Below, piece after piece: positions 40,700 through 53,849 of a DNA stretch of 64,000 nucleotides. The stretch spans positions 62,001-126,000 of the forward strand of contig LSRY02000028.1 in assembly GCA_001643675.2 (NCBI GenBank), given 5' to 3'. The position numbers and the translations under genes were made by a program. Source of the DNA: Monocercomonoides exilis PA203. Lineage: Eukaryota > Protista > Preaxostyla. How positions within the stretch are numbered: position 1 is the first letter of the stretch; the number at the start of each line of letters is the position of its first letter. A model generated the notes under the pieces. That model did not search any database. It saw nothing but the letters and a program-made list of their open reading frames with translations, and had not been told where the DNA came from.

Positions 40700-40807
40700 T
40701 TAAATCTGGTTTATTGAATTTCCCTCAATCTCACCAAGGGCGATATTGTGATTTTTGTGATCACAAAATGTGATCAAACATATTTTTGTTTTGTTTATAT
40801 TTTGATT

Positions 40808-41676
40808 TATACCTCTGTGACATGACAAGAGAAAATTGAAAAAATGACAAAATGACTGACATGATATTTATGACTTGTCAAAAAGGGTTATTTATAACGA
40901 TTTCTTTATTCTCAATTACTGTAATAATAATTCGAAAATCGATATATAACTATTCTTATAATTTTGAAAAAATCAAAATTTTTATTAATTTGATCAAGTT
41001 CACAACATGTATTTTTTTTGACAGGAAATGTCAGTTGAGGAATACAGATATTGCATAAAATACCGGACATCGCACAAAATACCGGACAAGATCGATTTCA
41101 CAATAACTGCAAGAGGAATAATTCTATTAATTTTCCTCAAAATATATCTAAACAAACCTAACTCATTTGCCATACCGGGCATTCATTTCCGTGCAGACTG
41201 AATATTAAAAAAATAATTTTTAAAATCTCGAGAAATATGATTTTGTGTTTCTCCGAGATTTTAAAAATTATTTTTTTAATATTCAGTCTGCACGGAAATG
41301 AATGCCCGGTATGGCAAATGAGTTAGGTTTGTTTAGATATATTTTGAGGAAAATTAATAGAATTATTCCTCTTGCAGTTATTGTGAAATCGATCTTGTCC
41401 GGTATTTTGTGCGATGTCCGGTATTTTATGCAATATCTGTATTCCTCAACTGACATTTCCTGTCAAAAAAAATACATGTTGTGAACTTGATCAAATTAAT
41501 AAAAATTTTGATTTTTTCAAAATTATAAGAATAGTTATATATCGATTTTCGAATTATTATTACAGTAATTGAGAATAAAGAAATCGTTATAAATAACCCT
41601 TTTTGACAAGTCATAAATATCATGTCAGTCATTTTGTCATTTTTTCAATTTTCTCTTGTCATGTCACAGAGGTATA
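40808..41676. mobile_element. 869-bp fold-back element: 423-bp inverted arms, 23-bp spacer, hAT-type termini TATACCTCTGTGACATGACAA
   Basis: Positions mirror about 41242, and the ORF track shows identical mirrored ORFs. The arms end exactly at the TIR shared with the hAT MITE at 53385-53891. Flanks TTTTGATT / TTTTGACA form a 6/8 TSD-like match. Confidence 0.85.
41045..41439. mobile_element. Palindromic TA-flanked MITE (Tc1/mariner-type), core of the fold-back element
   Basis: TA|CAGATATTGC...GCAATATCTG|TA, with internal direct repeat AAAATACCGGACA twice per arm. Homologous to 53268-54136, including the asymmetric loop in opposite orientation. Confidence 0.75.
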
Positions 41677-42363
41677 TTTTGACATGTAAAATCATGTTGA
41701 TGTTTATTTTTTTGATATGTTGTTTGTCAAATTATGTATTTTTAGTATTTAACTATTTTTTTGTTGTTTTCTTATTTTGATTCTGGTTTTTTGAAACTTT
41801 AAAATTTCGCAATTGTGATTCAGTTGTTAACTTTTTTTGTTGAAATTGAGTCAAATTTGTTTATATATTGAACAAAAAACATTTTCATATTCTTTTTTTT
41901 GTAAATTATCAATGTTTATAAAAAATTTAACTTTTTTGTGTTTTCTTTACAGTAATGCGTTTCTTAATCAATCATTTTTTGATATTTTTTCATTTCGAAT
42001 GAAAAATAAAAAGAAAATATGATTTTTAAGCTTCTTTCGTTGTATTTTTTATTTTTTCGGAAAATTATTGAGAAATGTTAAAAACAAATGAAACAGGTTC
42101 TAAATGTTGAAAAATGAAATGAAAATTACTTATATCATTTTTATAAATCACCAATAATCGTTATCAAACAAAAACAATTTGAATTTCCAATGTTTTACAA
42201 AAAATATCAATAATTTTAATAAACTTACAAAATAAAAAACTTTTAAGAAAGAAAAATTATTAAATTCAATCAAAATGATAAAAAACAAAACTGAAATTAT
42301 CAATTTTTTTATTCATTTTTTTTTTAAATTTCTTTGATCATGGCACCCAGAATGGAAATGATC

Positions 42364-42462
42364 GGATGTGACTGAGTCACATCCAATTTGACTGCATCTT
42401 AATGGCATTAGATCGATCTTATTGGATGTTGACCAATCTAATGCCACTTGACGCAGTCAAAT
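42364..42462. repeat. Tandem pair of hairpins/palindromes
   Basis: GGATGTGACT-G-AGTCACATCC (42364-42384), then an imperfect stem ATTTGACTGC..TGGCATTAGAT...ATCTAATGCCA..GCAGTCAAAT (42386-42462). Confidence 0.75.
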
Positions 42463-43364
42463 GAATTAAGTTCTATTAGTAATATTTTCAATATATAAAT
42501 GTATATTTTCACAAAATGAAAATTGAATTTTGATTTTTAAAAAAAAATTTTCTTTCGATATTATGAATAAATTTCTTAATAATAGATGAAATGTGAAATA
42601 AATTTGTTATTTCAAATAAATCGTGTTATTTCAAGTTTCAGCCACGAATTTTGAATTAACCCAGTTATTTCGAAATAACCAAAAAAAACTTAAATCTACT
42701 GAACGTTTTTTAAAATCATTGAATTGAAATATTTTTCATTGAAAAATGGTTTCAACAATGTTCTGAATTGTTTTTGTTTGTATTATTTCGTCTTCGAAAT
42801 TTTTATGTTTTGGTTTTTGTTCATAAAAAATAATATCAAAACATTTTTATTCTAATTTTCTATAATATGTCTTAATTTTTTTGAAAAGTGACATCAGATC
42901 ATAAATTTGACACATTGTGGTTAATACAAAGCCACTCCGTTTCCATTATTCTCATCAAAAACGTAAAAATTCACTATAATGCTTATCAGTTCTTTGCAAA
43001 CTTCTTTATTTAAATAAAACTCAAAATCAAAAAATTATATATCTTATATATTGATCAAAATCAAAATATTTGTTTTTCAAAGAAAAAGGGTTTCACTTGA
43101 TTGAACTTCTTTGCAATTATTTACAAATGAAATGTCCAAGGTGTGTATTGATTCTATTTCCTGATAAACTTGACTTTCAATGTTAAATAAAATTTTCTTT
43201 TGAATAGAATTTTTCATTTGCATTATGTACATGAACTTAACAGAAATGCGAAAATTGAACACACACATTCGATGCATCTGAAAATTAGATAAATATAGTG
43301 GTTTGTATTTTATTTTAACAAAAATATTTTAATTATTATTTTTTTATTCAATCATGCTTTATAA

Positions 43365-46282
43365 TTGAAAAGTTCACAGTTGATAGTTAACATTTGTCTC
43401 TTAAATGGCATAGAAGATAAAGATCTAAATACTTGTTCATTTACAGAATGTGGAAGCAGAACATCAGCCAACAGAGTGTCGATGATGTCATGCGCAGTAA
43501 AAGGAAATGAAGTGAAAGTGGAAGGCGGGATGTTTGAAGGGTGCTTTTGTTCGTCATCAAATGGATTTGGGGGAGGAATTCTTCTTCGATTATTGAATGA
43601 AAATCCGGATTTCCTGATTTCTTCTTCGTTTGGCATCAACACAGCCAAGTGGGGCAGAGACATTTTCGTCTTATCACCCAATCTGGAAAAAACAGCAAAA
43701 TCAGAAAACATCACATGTGTGACAGATTCTTTGGATTCTGTTGAGCAAGTGAGAGGATATGACAATGGAGACACGAGTTTGGCCATTCCTCTGTGCATCT
43801 ATCTCCTCCCCACCCCAGAAGAAGTATATGTGAGTAACACTGAGGCATCTGATCACTCACATTGTGGAATTGTTCAATTCCCTTGTCTGACCTTGAAGCA
43901 CTCCATCAAACGTCAAACAGGGCCAAAGAAAGTTATTGTGAGTGGAATGATTCAGATGAGCGATGAATTAGCTTTTGCTGAACAGAAACATGAAATCAGA
44001 GAAAATGATGATCAAAGTGGCTGGACAGTCTCTGATGTAGGTTCAACATCGAACTCAGCGATGATAACAGCAAGTAATGAAACAGAATTATTAACAATTA
44101 TCTTTTCTCTTTCATCTTCCCTTCCTCTTCACTCTATTTTCAATATCTCTTCATCATCATCTCTTCTTCTTCCTCTTCTTCTTTCACTTTTCCTTCATAT
44201 CGCCCCACCAATCATCATCCTCCTTTTTCTGCTTCTTCTTCTTCTTCTTCTTCTTCACCTTTTCTTCTTCTTCTTCTTCTACTACTTCTTCTTCTCTTTC
44301 TATCACCCCATCTTCTTCTTCTTCTTCCAAGCTCTTTTCTCTTCTCACTCTCCTTCTCCTCCTCTTCCTCCTCCTTATCCTAATTCATCATCATCTTCTT
44401 CCTCTTCCTCTTCAACATCCAACTTCTCCTCCTTCTCTGCTTCTTCCCATGCTGAAGTGCTAAGCAAGACTCAAACTCTTTCTTGTTCTCCATTGAAGCT
44501 GATGCAATACATATACCCAATCAACTTTTCTTCTTTGCCCCGAGTTCCTTTGCAGCCGTCTTTTGTTCCGACCCGCTGGAATTCGAGTGTGCTTTCGTCG
44601 TCTGCATCTGTCAACCGCTTCTCTTCTGCCTCTGCTTCATTCAGCACATCTAAGAAGAGGTCTGTTCAGACACAGACACAGCAGACATTCGATGACGTGA
44701 GGCTGGTTGTGCAGACGAGAAAAATACTCCCAACAGCTCAGAATGCAAACTCTGTTGGTAATGCTTCGAGTAATTCCACTTCTTCCTCTCAGACCTCTTC
44801 TGCTTCGAATACTCAGCTGCAGTCACCCAGGCAGCCCAACAAGACACTAATTCCTGTGTCCACCACTCCCACTCGCATAACAATACAAACAGTGAATGAA
44901 TATTCTTTCACTCCAACCGGAAAAGGAGGAGAAGATATCCAGTTGCAGTCTGCGAACTCTGCGTTCAGTGTGATATCGACAAACAAGACGAAAGGATCGA
45001 CAAATCTGACACTTGCAACTCAATCTACTCAAATGCCACTTGGAAATTTAGCGTCTTCTTCCTCCTCCTCCCCTTCTTCTTCCTCTTCCTCATCTGCTTC
45101 TTCAATATCTACTTCTCCTTCATTGACAGTTTCCACCTTTGCCTCTGTCTCAGCCACTTCCCCCATCTTCCCTGCACCCGCCATCACTCTAACAACCACG
45201 TCAATGGCACGGATACACTCATCAACAGCGCACCGCTTTGAAATCAGTACCTCAAACACTTCATTTTCTACCACTTTTGCGTTAGCCACGCTTCGCTCAT
45301 TCTTTGATGACACATCGTATTCAGTGTCTGCATCTCTGTTGGCTCCGGCGATTGTGCTTGGGGGATCTTCAACTGCATCCATTGCATCTTCTTCTTCTTC
45401 GTCATCATCTTCTTCCCACCTTTATCTTCCTCTGCTTCTTCTTCCTTGGCCTCTCTGACTTCTCCAACATCTCTCGCTTCCTCCTCTTTCTCTGCTCTTC
45501 TTTCCTTCTCTCGGCCCATCCAGCAGATGTCTGCATCCACCTCGCCTGGCCCTGCACTCACCCTGCAACCTCAGCCTTCATCTCAGTCTCAGTCTCAATC
45601 TCAATCTTAATCATTGTCTTCCTCTTTGAACACGACATCTCTCCACACCCGCACTTCCTCAGCCACATCGTAGCAGTCACTCACACAGGCGAGCTCTCCC
45701 TCGCGTCAGTCTCATTTGGCTCAGCCAGAAAGCCTCCAACAATCTGCTGTTGTTGCAGCCCCAACAACCTCATCAAACTTACCAGCTGCAGTCACTTCGT
45801 CTGCTATCATCTCCACCACTTCCTCCTCATATCTTTCATCTGCTCTTTCTGCGCCTCTTTTCTCTTCCACAACTGATGTGCCGCTTCTCCTCGGCACATA
45901 CTCTCCATCTTCACACACCTCGTCGCAAAAGCGCTTCTTCTATTCTCCTTTTCGTCTGTTCAAATTCACCACTCATCTTGACGATGTACCACACCCGATG
46001 GCTTCGTCCCATTCGTCGCACAAGCGCTCTTCTTCGTCGCATCAGGAGATAAGGAGGCAGATGGAGCTGCGCAAAAACTGTAAAGCCAATAAAACAAGCA
46101 CATCGACGGGCAACTCATCAGAACACTCACATTTGACATACTATTCAAAGCAAGTGGTTCCAGAGATGCATGCGCTGAGGCTGATGAAGAGAGAGAAGAA
46201 GAGGAATGTGACGGATGAGATATTTGAGATGAAGAGGAGGATGAGAAGAAGGAACAGACGCTCAAAAAAGAATAGAAATTGA
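43365..46282 (+). pseudogene. Chimeric relic: one module of the beta-helix surface-protein family joined through CTT/TCT tracts to a Ser/Thr-rich gene fragment
   Basis: GFGGGILL, AKWGRDIFV, PLCIYL...VYVSNTEASDHSHCGIVQFPCLTL in 43500-44150, then simple repeats and a Ser-rich frame broken by frameshifts. No convincing start or signal peptide. Confidence 0.65.
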
Positions 46283-46299
46283 CGACGACGAAGAGGAAG

Positions 46300-48660
46300 A
46301 GGAAGAGGAAGAGGAAGAGGAAGAAGAAGAAGAAACAAAATTGTAATGCAGATCCTCTTCTGCCATCTTCAATGCCATGGATGCATCTATAGGAACAACC
46401 GCTGAGAAAGCGTGATCTGTTAGAAATGGCGTACGAAGCATCACAGCCGCGTAAACCCATCGTCTGTACAGCATTTGACTGTCTTCTCTGAATAAACTCC
46501 TCTTCTGTACCGAGCCTCTTGTCGGATGTGTTGCATGAACATGACACTCCGCCTTCTGCACCTCTGCCTCCATTCACTCACCCTGCCAAAACAGCTGTTT
46601 ATCTGCATCAGACGCCTTATCAAGCACGCACTCAAACGCATGCCCTAACAGCGTCGTTGAACAATTGCTCAGAATCTCCTTCACATTGCCTGCTTCTACT
46701 CCTTCTCTGCTCTGCCGTGCAGCTTCAATTCCCTTCTCCGAAGTGAATTTCATTTTTACCGAATCATCTGTACTCCATCACAACGAACGCTGTCACTCCA
46801 CAACGCAGTAGCCGCGATTTCATTACAATGTGCTCATTCGCAAGGTGGATCAGCTCGTCCTGGCTGATAAAGATATCAATCACAAACTCGAACTTCTCTG
46901 CTTTGTGTTCGAACCATTCAACAAGTGAGTTATACATAACGACAAATTCCTCTGAAATCGCCTGCTTTATCCTTGTTTCACTCCATGTCCCATGCTGCAT
47001 GAGGATCTAGCTCGGCTCCAAAGCCTGATTTTTCTTCGACTTTGTTCCTCAGCTGCATCTCCACCATTTCACCTGCATCTTGGCACAGCTTCAAGGCAAC
47101 GGCATGTCAACTCTCCCAGCACATCAAAAGTCTTCATGTGTGCAATGCGCACACGCATCATTTGCTGATTGCCTTTTAAGTTAAAGGCACTTCTTGTAAT
47201 CCCTCAACCTAATAGAACAACCACAACACTCCGCTCTTCTATCTGCACTCACTTTTCCCTCCCTTTTCCTCCTCTTCCTCCTCTTCTTCTTTTCACTCCT
47301 CATAAATCGAACGACTTTTTTCCCCTAATTTCTTCATCGGATTTATCTTTTTCCTCAATTATTGTCAAATGATCAACTTATATTTCCACCTGTTCCTCGA
47401 ACTTCCTCCTCTTTCTCCTCTTTCTCCTCTTTCTCCTCTTTCTCCTCTTTCTCCTTTTTCTCCTCTTCATCCTCTTCATCCTCTTCATCCTCTTCATCCT
47501 CTTCATCCTCTTCATCCTCTTCATCCTCTTCATCCTCTTCATCCTCTTCATCCTCTTCATCCTCTTCATCCTCTTCATCCTCTTCATCCCTATCCTCCTC
47601 CTCTTCCTTCTCAAAATCAATCGAACTACCATCTCTCCCTGATTCCTCATTCATCCTCAAATCATTCGTGGACATTTCCACCTGCTCCTAATCTTTCCCC
47701 ACATTTCCTTCACTTCCATCTGAAGTTATGTCCAAAGACCCATCTGCTGCTTCTTCTGCTCTTAATATCTCCTGTTGGATGCCGTCGACTGACGAAGTGC
47801 TGCGCACTTCTGGTTCCACAGAATGCTGCTTGTCTGAATCCGCCTCAGCTTACGCTTCTATCCCCAAACCCGCCTTCACAAACCTCAGCCGACTCAGCCC
47901 AAACACCTTCACAACCAGCGACACCATCGCTTCTTCCAGCTTCCCCATGTTCTCTTTGTTTCTTTCGGCAAACTCTCTGTTCTCTGTCGACGCATGCCTT
48001 TCTCCTCATTCCCATCACCTCTCTCTCTCCTTCCATCTTTTTCTCCCTCTTCTTCTCTCTCTTTGCCTTCCTCTTTGTCTCCCTCTTTGTCTCCACTTTC
48101 TCCACAATCTCTGCCATCCTTCACAGAACAACCCCTCGCCCAATCACTTTTTCGTCAATCTTTGCCACCATACGTCTCGACTGCTGCGGTCTCCATATCT
48201 GCTGCGACTGGTCAAACAGATCATTGATCGATGGGAATGCATTCACATCTGCTTCAGCAAAGATTCGCTTGCTCCCAGACTTCTTTCCCACTTACACCAC
48301 AAGAAGCGGAAGAGGAGCAACCAGCGTAACAGAAAGCATCTCCGATAGCGCCACATCATATGCACACACAACACACCCATACAGCACCGCACGCACCACT
48401 ACAACATATCCCTACAACGTTTGCAGAGCCCACGACTGCAGCAGCGACAGCTGAATGTTAGGGACAGACACAGCAGCCACTCTTGGCATAACTGCCGATC
48501 GTGGCATCTGATCGATCATTCCCTATATTAATCTTAAGGATTGGAAATTTTTGTTTTTTGTGCAAATAATGAAATAAGAATTTAAGAATAAATGTAATGA
48601 AATTGCATGAATTTCTGTATTTTGAATTCTCCAGGGTATGAAGCACTTCCACAATCCTCA
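46300..48660 (-). pseudogene. Degenerate gene of unknown family with acidic repeat
   Basis: Coding-like minus frame (GMIDQMPRSAVMPRVAAVSVPNIQLSLLQSWALQTL*GY...LLVV*VGKK...GRGVVL*RMAEIVEK) is interrupted by TAG, TAA and TGA. Confidence 0.5.
47407..47589. repeat. Compound 9-bp minisatellite (TCCTCTTTC)n then (TCCTCTTCA)n
   Basis: Directly visible. Reads (EDE)n(EKE)n on the minus strand. Confidence 0.95.
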
Positions 48661-49799
48661 TTCATCAATTTTTTGATTTATTTAATTTGAGTTTTTCCCT
48701 ATAAAAAATGTGAAAATAAAATTGATATTCTAAGACTTTAATGAAAACACAATGATAGACGTTCCTTGCGTTTTTATCAGGGCATAAAATTGTGTCTTTA
48801 CTGCAAATTTTCATTTATTAGTTTCAGAAACAATGCAATTTTCTTATAACCTTTCAAAACTGCATTCTCCACGATTATAAATTTTTGTGAGAACATGTGA
48901 TGGATTTGTTCCTTCAAAATCAATTACAGTTTCAACAGTTATGAAGAGATATGAGTCAAATGAAAGGTCAAATTAGATTATTTTTGTATAAATTTTGGGG
49001 TTGATCAGTGAGATGCCATGATCGAAAGTCATGCCCCACTCTTGATGGAACAATCTTTAATCTCCTTTTATTTTCATCTATCTCAGCGACAGATGTGTCG
49101 AAAGAGGCAACCGCGGATGCTTCTGTCGAACAGATTTCAGGAACAATGGAAAATTTTTTTGACAAATGGAAAGGCTCATCCCTCAAATCAGTCGAGTCGT
49201 CGTATATTTTCTGCATTTTCAAGGAAAACACAAAACCAAATCTGATCAAAAAAACAGCTTATGATAAGTTGTATGAAGATAAAGGAAAAGAAAAGATAGA
49301 CAAAAATGCAGAAAATGATTGGAAGAGATTGAATCTATCAAATCAATGCTTTGACTGATTCGCAGATTCAAAGAATGCCATCCAAAGCATAAAATAATTA
49401 ACATCCCTTGAGAAGCCTAAGAAAAAATGATTGTTTTGGTAAAATAAGTACTTTTCATTAAGCTTTTTCAAAAAATTTTCAATCGAATAAAGTTATTGCA
49501 ATCAATGGCCTGGTTGTTAAATGAAAGAAGAAGAAATGAATAAAGATTTCAAAGAACGAAGGTCTATAAAGCAAGAAGTGAAAATGATCTGTGAAAATAT
49601 AAAACATTCTTGTATATTTCATATAATAATAGATATTCTGATATTTTGTCTCTTCGCAGTTTAATTATTCAAAAGCCAGGAGAGAATGAATGTTCTATGT
49701 TCTTATTCTTTGAAAAAATAAATCGAAAGAGAAATATACTTTGTTTTTATCATTCCTTTCAGACAAACAAATTTTGTGAATATGAATTCATGAAAAAAT

Positions 49800-52700
49800 G
49801 GATTGCAAAAAAGAAACAAACTTGTAGATGTGCTTCCAACGAATGCATGCTTAAAGAATATCTCTTTTCTCCAATAATGTTTTTTATTTAAGAAATGGCA
49901 CTTTCGCAGAAAGCTTCGTTGCAAGGGGAAGTTATTAGCGCAAGACAAAGCCCAGAATAGACGGTTTGCAGATTTGCATATGAAGAAAAAGCGTTATAAA
50001 ATATTTCTGCATCTTCCTCAACAACTTCAGATGAGCAGCTTTTCATGAATCGTTGAAATAACATACCGTAACCTTCGATTATTTTTTTGTTTAAATTTCC
50101 AATTGTCTTGTTGCAGTATTTAATAAATGCAGATGACATTCGAGGAAACCAATCCGTTAATTTCATGCTTTCAATCATCTGGTTTGACTCTCTCTCTTTA
50201 TTCAACGAATATTCCACAATTGTAGATTTCTTTTTTGTAAGAAAAAGAATATCCACATCATCTTTATCGTTTTCAATGTTGCTGCTGTCAGAAAAGTCTT
50301 CACGTTCATCTTCATTCATGCATGCATGCCATTCTGTGTCTACATCCATGTCCATTGAGTTCTGTTTTCGTTCTTTCTTTGTTTGAGAATCAGTTGAAAT
50401 TGCTTCATCAATCATTGTGTAATTATCCGAAGAGGAAGAATGATATGGGGATGAAGATGAATACGATGAATAAGAAGAAAAGTGAGAAGATCTCAATTGT
50501 AGAACTTCCGAAAGTTGATGGTCGCTGTGGGGAAATAATTCAAACAAATCGTTCACTGCTTCGTTTTCAGCCTCTTGTAACCCGAATTCGTCATCCTATT
50601 CATTCTCAAATTCTGTCTCTAACATTTGGGCTTCCTGAACCCCTTCAGAGGAATCCTTTGCTTCTGTGAAATTATTCAAATCATTAATAATTTGTTCGAA
50701 TTCATCAGATAATGATCGTTCGTTTTTGTTTGAATCTTTAGTTGTTCGTTCAGAGAATAAATCGAGACAGTCGTGAACCCCATTTTTTTGAATATTTGCC
50801 ATCACATAAATTTTGAATGGCATGAATTTGCGCTTCACTACACAAAATTGATTTATCCTATGGAAATTCGACAGGTTCAGACACAGCATAAAATGTTGAA
50901 TAATGACACCGCAACAACGAATCAGCAGAATTGTCTGAAAAATGAGTTATAAATTGATGTTCGTGAATGATCTGATTTTTTTTTGATGCTTTATTTGTTG
51001 ATTGAATGGCTGAATAAAATTTATCGAAAAATCTTGAATAATTAATGAATTCATTCGAAAACTGTTGTGTTCTGTATAATTCCATGTCAATTGGAGTCAC
51101 AGCGAACGATAAAGAAATGAATTCACCTCGAGAGCCTGTAAAAAAATAATTATGTATTTGGATAAGAAAATTAGAAATTGCATTATTTCATTTCTCTTCA
51201 GAAAATAATGGATGCCTTGTCATTCCAATGAAAATTCCAATAATTCGTTGTATAAACGTGAAAACGTGACTTAGTTTTGTTTTATTGCTTTCCAAATGAA
51301 GATGAAACTTAACCAAAGGAAGAAGAACAAGTTCAGCTTATATGATGTCAATTAAGTCTTCTTTTGAAATCCATTTTTCTTTCTCAATAATTTGGCGCTT
51401 TTTTCGAATAAAGGAACATAAATTGAACAAACTGTACCACCTTGTGACAATGAACGAAGGAGCAGTTTTTTTCAAAAAAAAGTCTGATGGATATACTATG
51501 GGCTAATTGAACAAATTGCAACATTTTCTTTTTGATTTCAAGAAGAAAAGGCACTTTGCTGAAACAGGAACTTATGACAAGATTAGTTAAATGGCTGCAA
51601 CAATAGATGTATTCAGGTTTAATAACAAAATGATGTTCGACAAATGTGCTTTCTTCAGAATGAGCGTTTGATAATTTTTCTTTTGCCTTTTTTTGTGCAG
51701 AAAACCCGTCTGCACAAAAACTACTTATTGTCACATCAAGCGACTGGAATTCTGAGATGATGGTTTTCAGAATATTAGTGCATTCATCAGTTGAATTACA
51801 ACAAGGATATAGGCCCCAGAAAAATGGAGATGACTGTAATGAAAGAGAAGCAACAGAAACAACAGTATACGAAACATTTCCAGCTGATCTACCGTCCAGT
51901 AAAATACAAACGCTTTTATTTGTGATTGATTTGATTCTTTCAAGCTTTGTTGTTGTTTTGCTTTTCAAAACCATCTGAGAAACTTTTTTTCTTGTAAGAT
52001 ATGGGAAAATCGAAGTTTGTGATAAAGATGAATTTTCTTGACTGATTCGCATTTATGAAGATAAAAATGTATTCATTTCATCTGACGATGCTGATGAAAA
52101 TGAAGCGTTGCATTAGCAAATCATTTTGACAAATAGATCTTCAAGCTTGCTTGTAATTGTTGTTTTTTCATAATTTGATTATTCCATTTCGCTATGAATT
52201 GCAAGTTGTTTTCGCTGCTTTAATAATGTTGATATTTGCTGATGTTTTAATAATTGACAAATATATTTGTTGATGTTTGGATATGATTTTCTTCCTGATG
52301 CACCACAAGGAAAACAGTCTTTTGAATTTGGGCATATGTAATACCTGTGACAATCATTCTTTGCAGCTTCACGTTCGTAAACTTTTGAGTAAGAAATCCA
52401 TAAATTGTCATTCACAATTTCAAAGGATATTTTTGATAAATATTAGTCAATTTTTTTGGGATGCTTGAACACTCAGAATAAATGAAATTAAAAAACGATT
52501 AAAAATTGGTGAAACACAAAACAAAACCTGGACCGGATTTTGAGTTTTAACATTTTTCGAGTTTTACTTATTGACAACGAGCTTTTTTCAACTCTTCCAT
52601 CTTTTTTCGAAAGCATTCGCCTTTTGAAAAATCATTCAACAAACAAAGTGATTTGAAAAAGAATATCAAACGATAAAAATATTTGAAAGGCTATTTTTCA

Positions 52701-53035
52701 ATCCTTCTTCAAGTGAAATTCGTTCTTCACCCATAGTGCTTTCTTCCAAGGCGCTGCCTGTCACTGACATCATTGACATTTTTTTGATCAAAATAATCCA
52801 TCTCCGTCAGTGCCGTCAGTTCCCCATAATTGATTAAGTTTTTAATTCTAATATTAAAACTTTTTTTAAAATTAGTTTATTCCTATGTAATAAATATAAA
52901 TGGAAAATTCTTTCCTTTTTAATATGCAATTATTCAATATGAAAAATCCCATTATAAAATGACGTGGTTTTTTTCCATCGTGTCAGTCAAATTTCGCTTT
53001 TTTCCAAGTCAAAGTCAGTCAGTCACCAAGGCTTA
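49800..53035 (-). mobile_element. Defective hAT-superfamily DNA transposon with transposase pseudogene and one candidate terminal repeat
   Basis: Motifs in order: Cys-rich BED-like segment (YYICPNSKDCFPCG), VCILLDG (first Asp), FCADG (second Asp), CCSHLTNL (CxxH), IVTRWYS after a homopolymer frameshift at ~51475, and ITSPCNEAFCESAIS*IKNIIGEKRYSLSMHSLEAHL (catalytic Glu/dimerisation region with a stop). Upstream are ACTGACGG repeats and a TAAGCCTTGGTGACTGAC end at 53035. Confidence 0.85.
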
Positions 53036-53267
53036 ATTTGAATGTGAATAATAACATTATCAAGCATTAATCCACACGCTGGTAAATTTTGGTGAGTTGG
53101 AATGAAATTTTGATGAAAATATTTTGTTTTCATTTTTCCTGAAAATTTAACAAAAGGAATTTTTCAAAAAATAAAATAAAATAAAAATAAAATTTAAATA
53201 AAATTTAAATAAAATAAAATTAAATAAAATAAAACTAAATAAAATAAAAAATGGCATAAGACAATTA

Positions 53268-53789
53268 CAGTTTGTGCAAAAAACACCGGACAAGATCGAT
53301 ATCTCAATAACCGCAAGAAGAAAAATTCTGATAATTTTCCTCAAAATATATCTCATTGATAAAAACTCATTTGATATACAAAACTATACCTCTGTGACAT
53401 GACAAGAGAAAATTGAAAAAATGACAAAATGACTTACAAAATATTTATGACTTGTCAAAAAGAGTTATTTATGACGATTTCATAATTCTTAATTACAATA
53501 ATAATGAATTTGAAAATCTTCATGAAATAATTCTTATTATTTTGAAAAAATAAAAATCAAAAAAAAAAGATCAAGTTCCCAACATTTATTTTATTTGACA
53601 CGAAATGTCAGTTGAGGAATATTTTTGTCACAATTTGTCAATGACCTTCACTGACGGTCACTGACGGTCACTGACAAAAGAGAAAAATCGACAAGATATT
53701 ACAGATGCTATCAACAAATCTTTTCCATAGTGCTTTGAAAAGTCTTTAGAAGTTTTAGCAATAGTTTATTTTATATTAATTTAAGAAAA

Positions 53790-53849
<60 letters not shown>

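Noticed and set aside
40852-41632. Two pairs of identical small ORFs (68 aa and 60 aa) on opposite strands
   Set aside because: They are by-products of the DNA palindrome, with non-coding composition.
47362-48454. 361-aa ORF with (PLH)n/(PLS)n repeats, and poly-Ser or (MKR)n ORFs
   Set aside because: These are alternative readings of a 9-bp minisatellite and the antisense of a decayed gene.
48700-49400. Coding-like plus-strand fragment (116-aa ORF) as a second transposase or the missing hAT terminus
   Set aside because: No diagnostic motif and no match to the TAAGCC/TATACC termini; cannot be assigned without a search.
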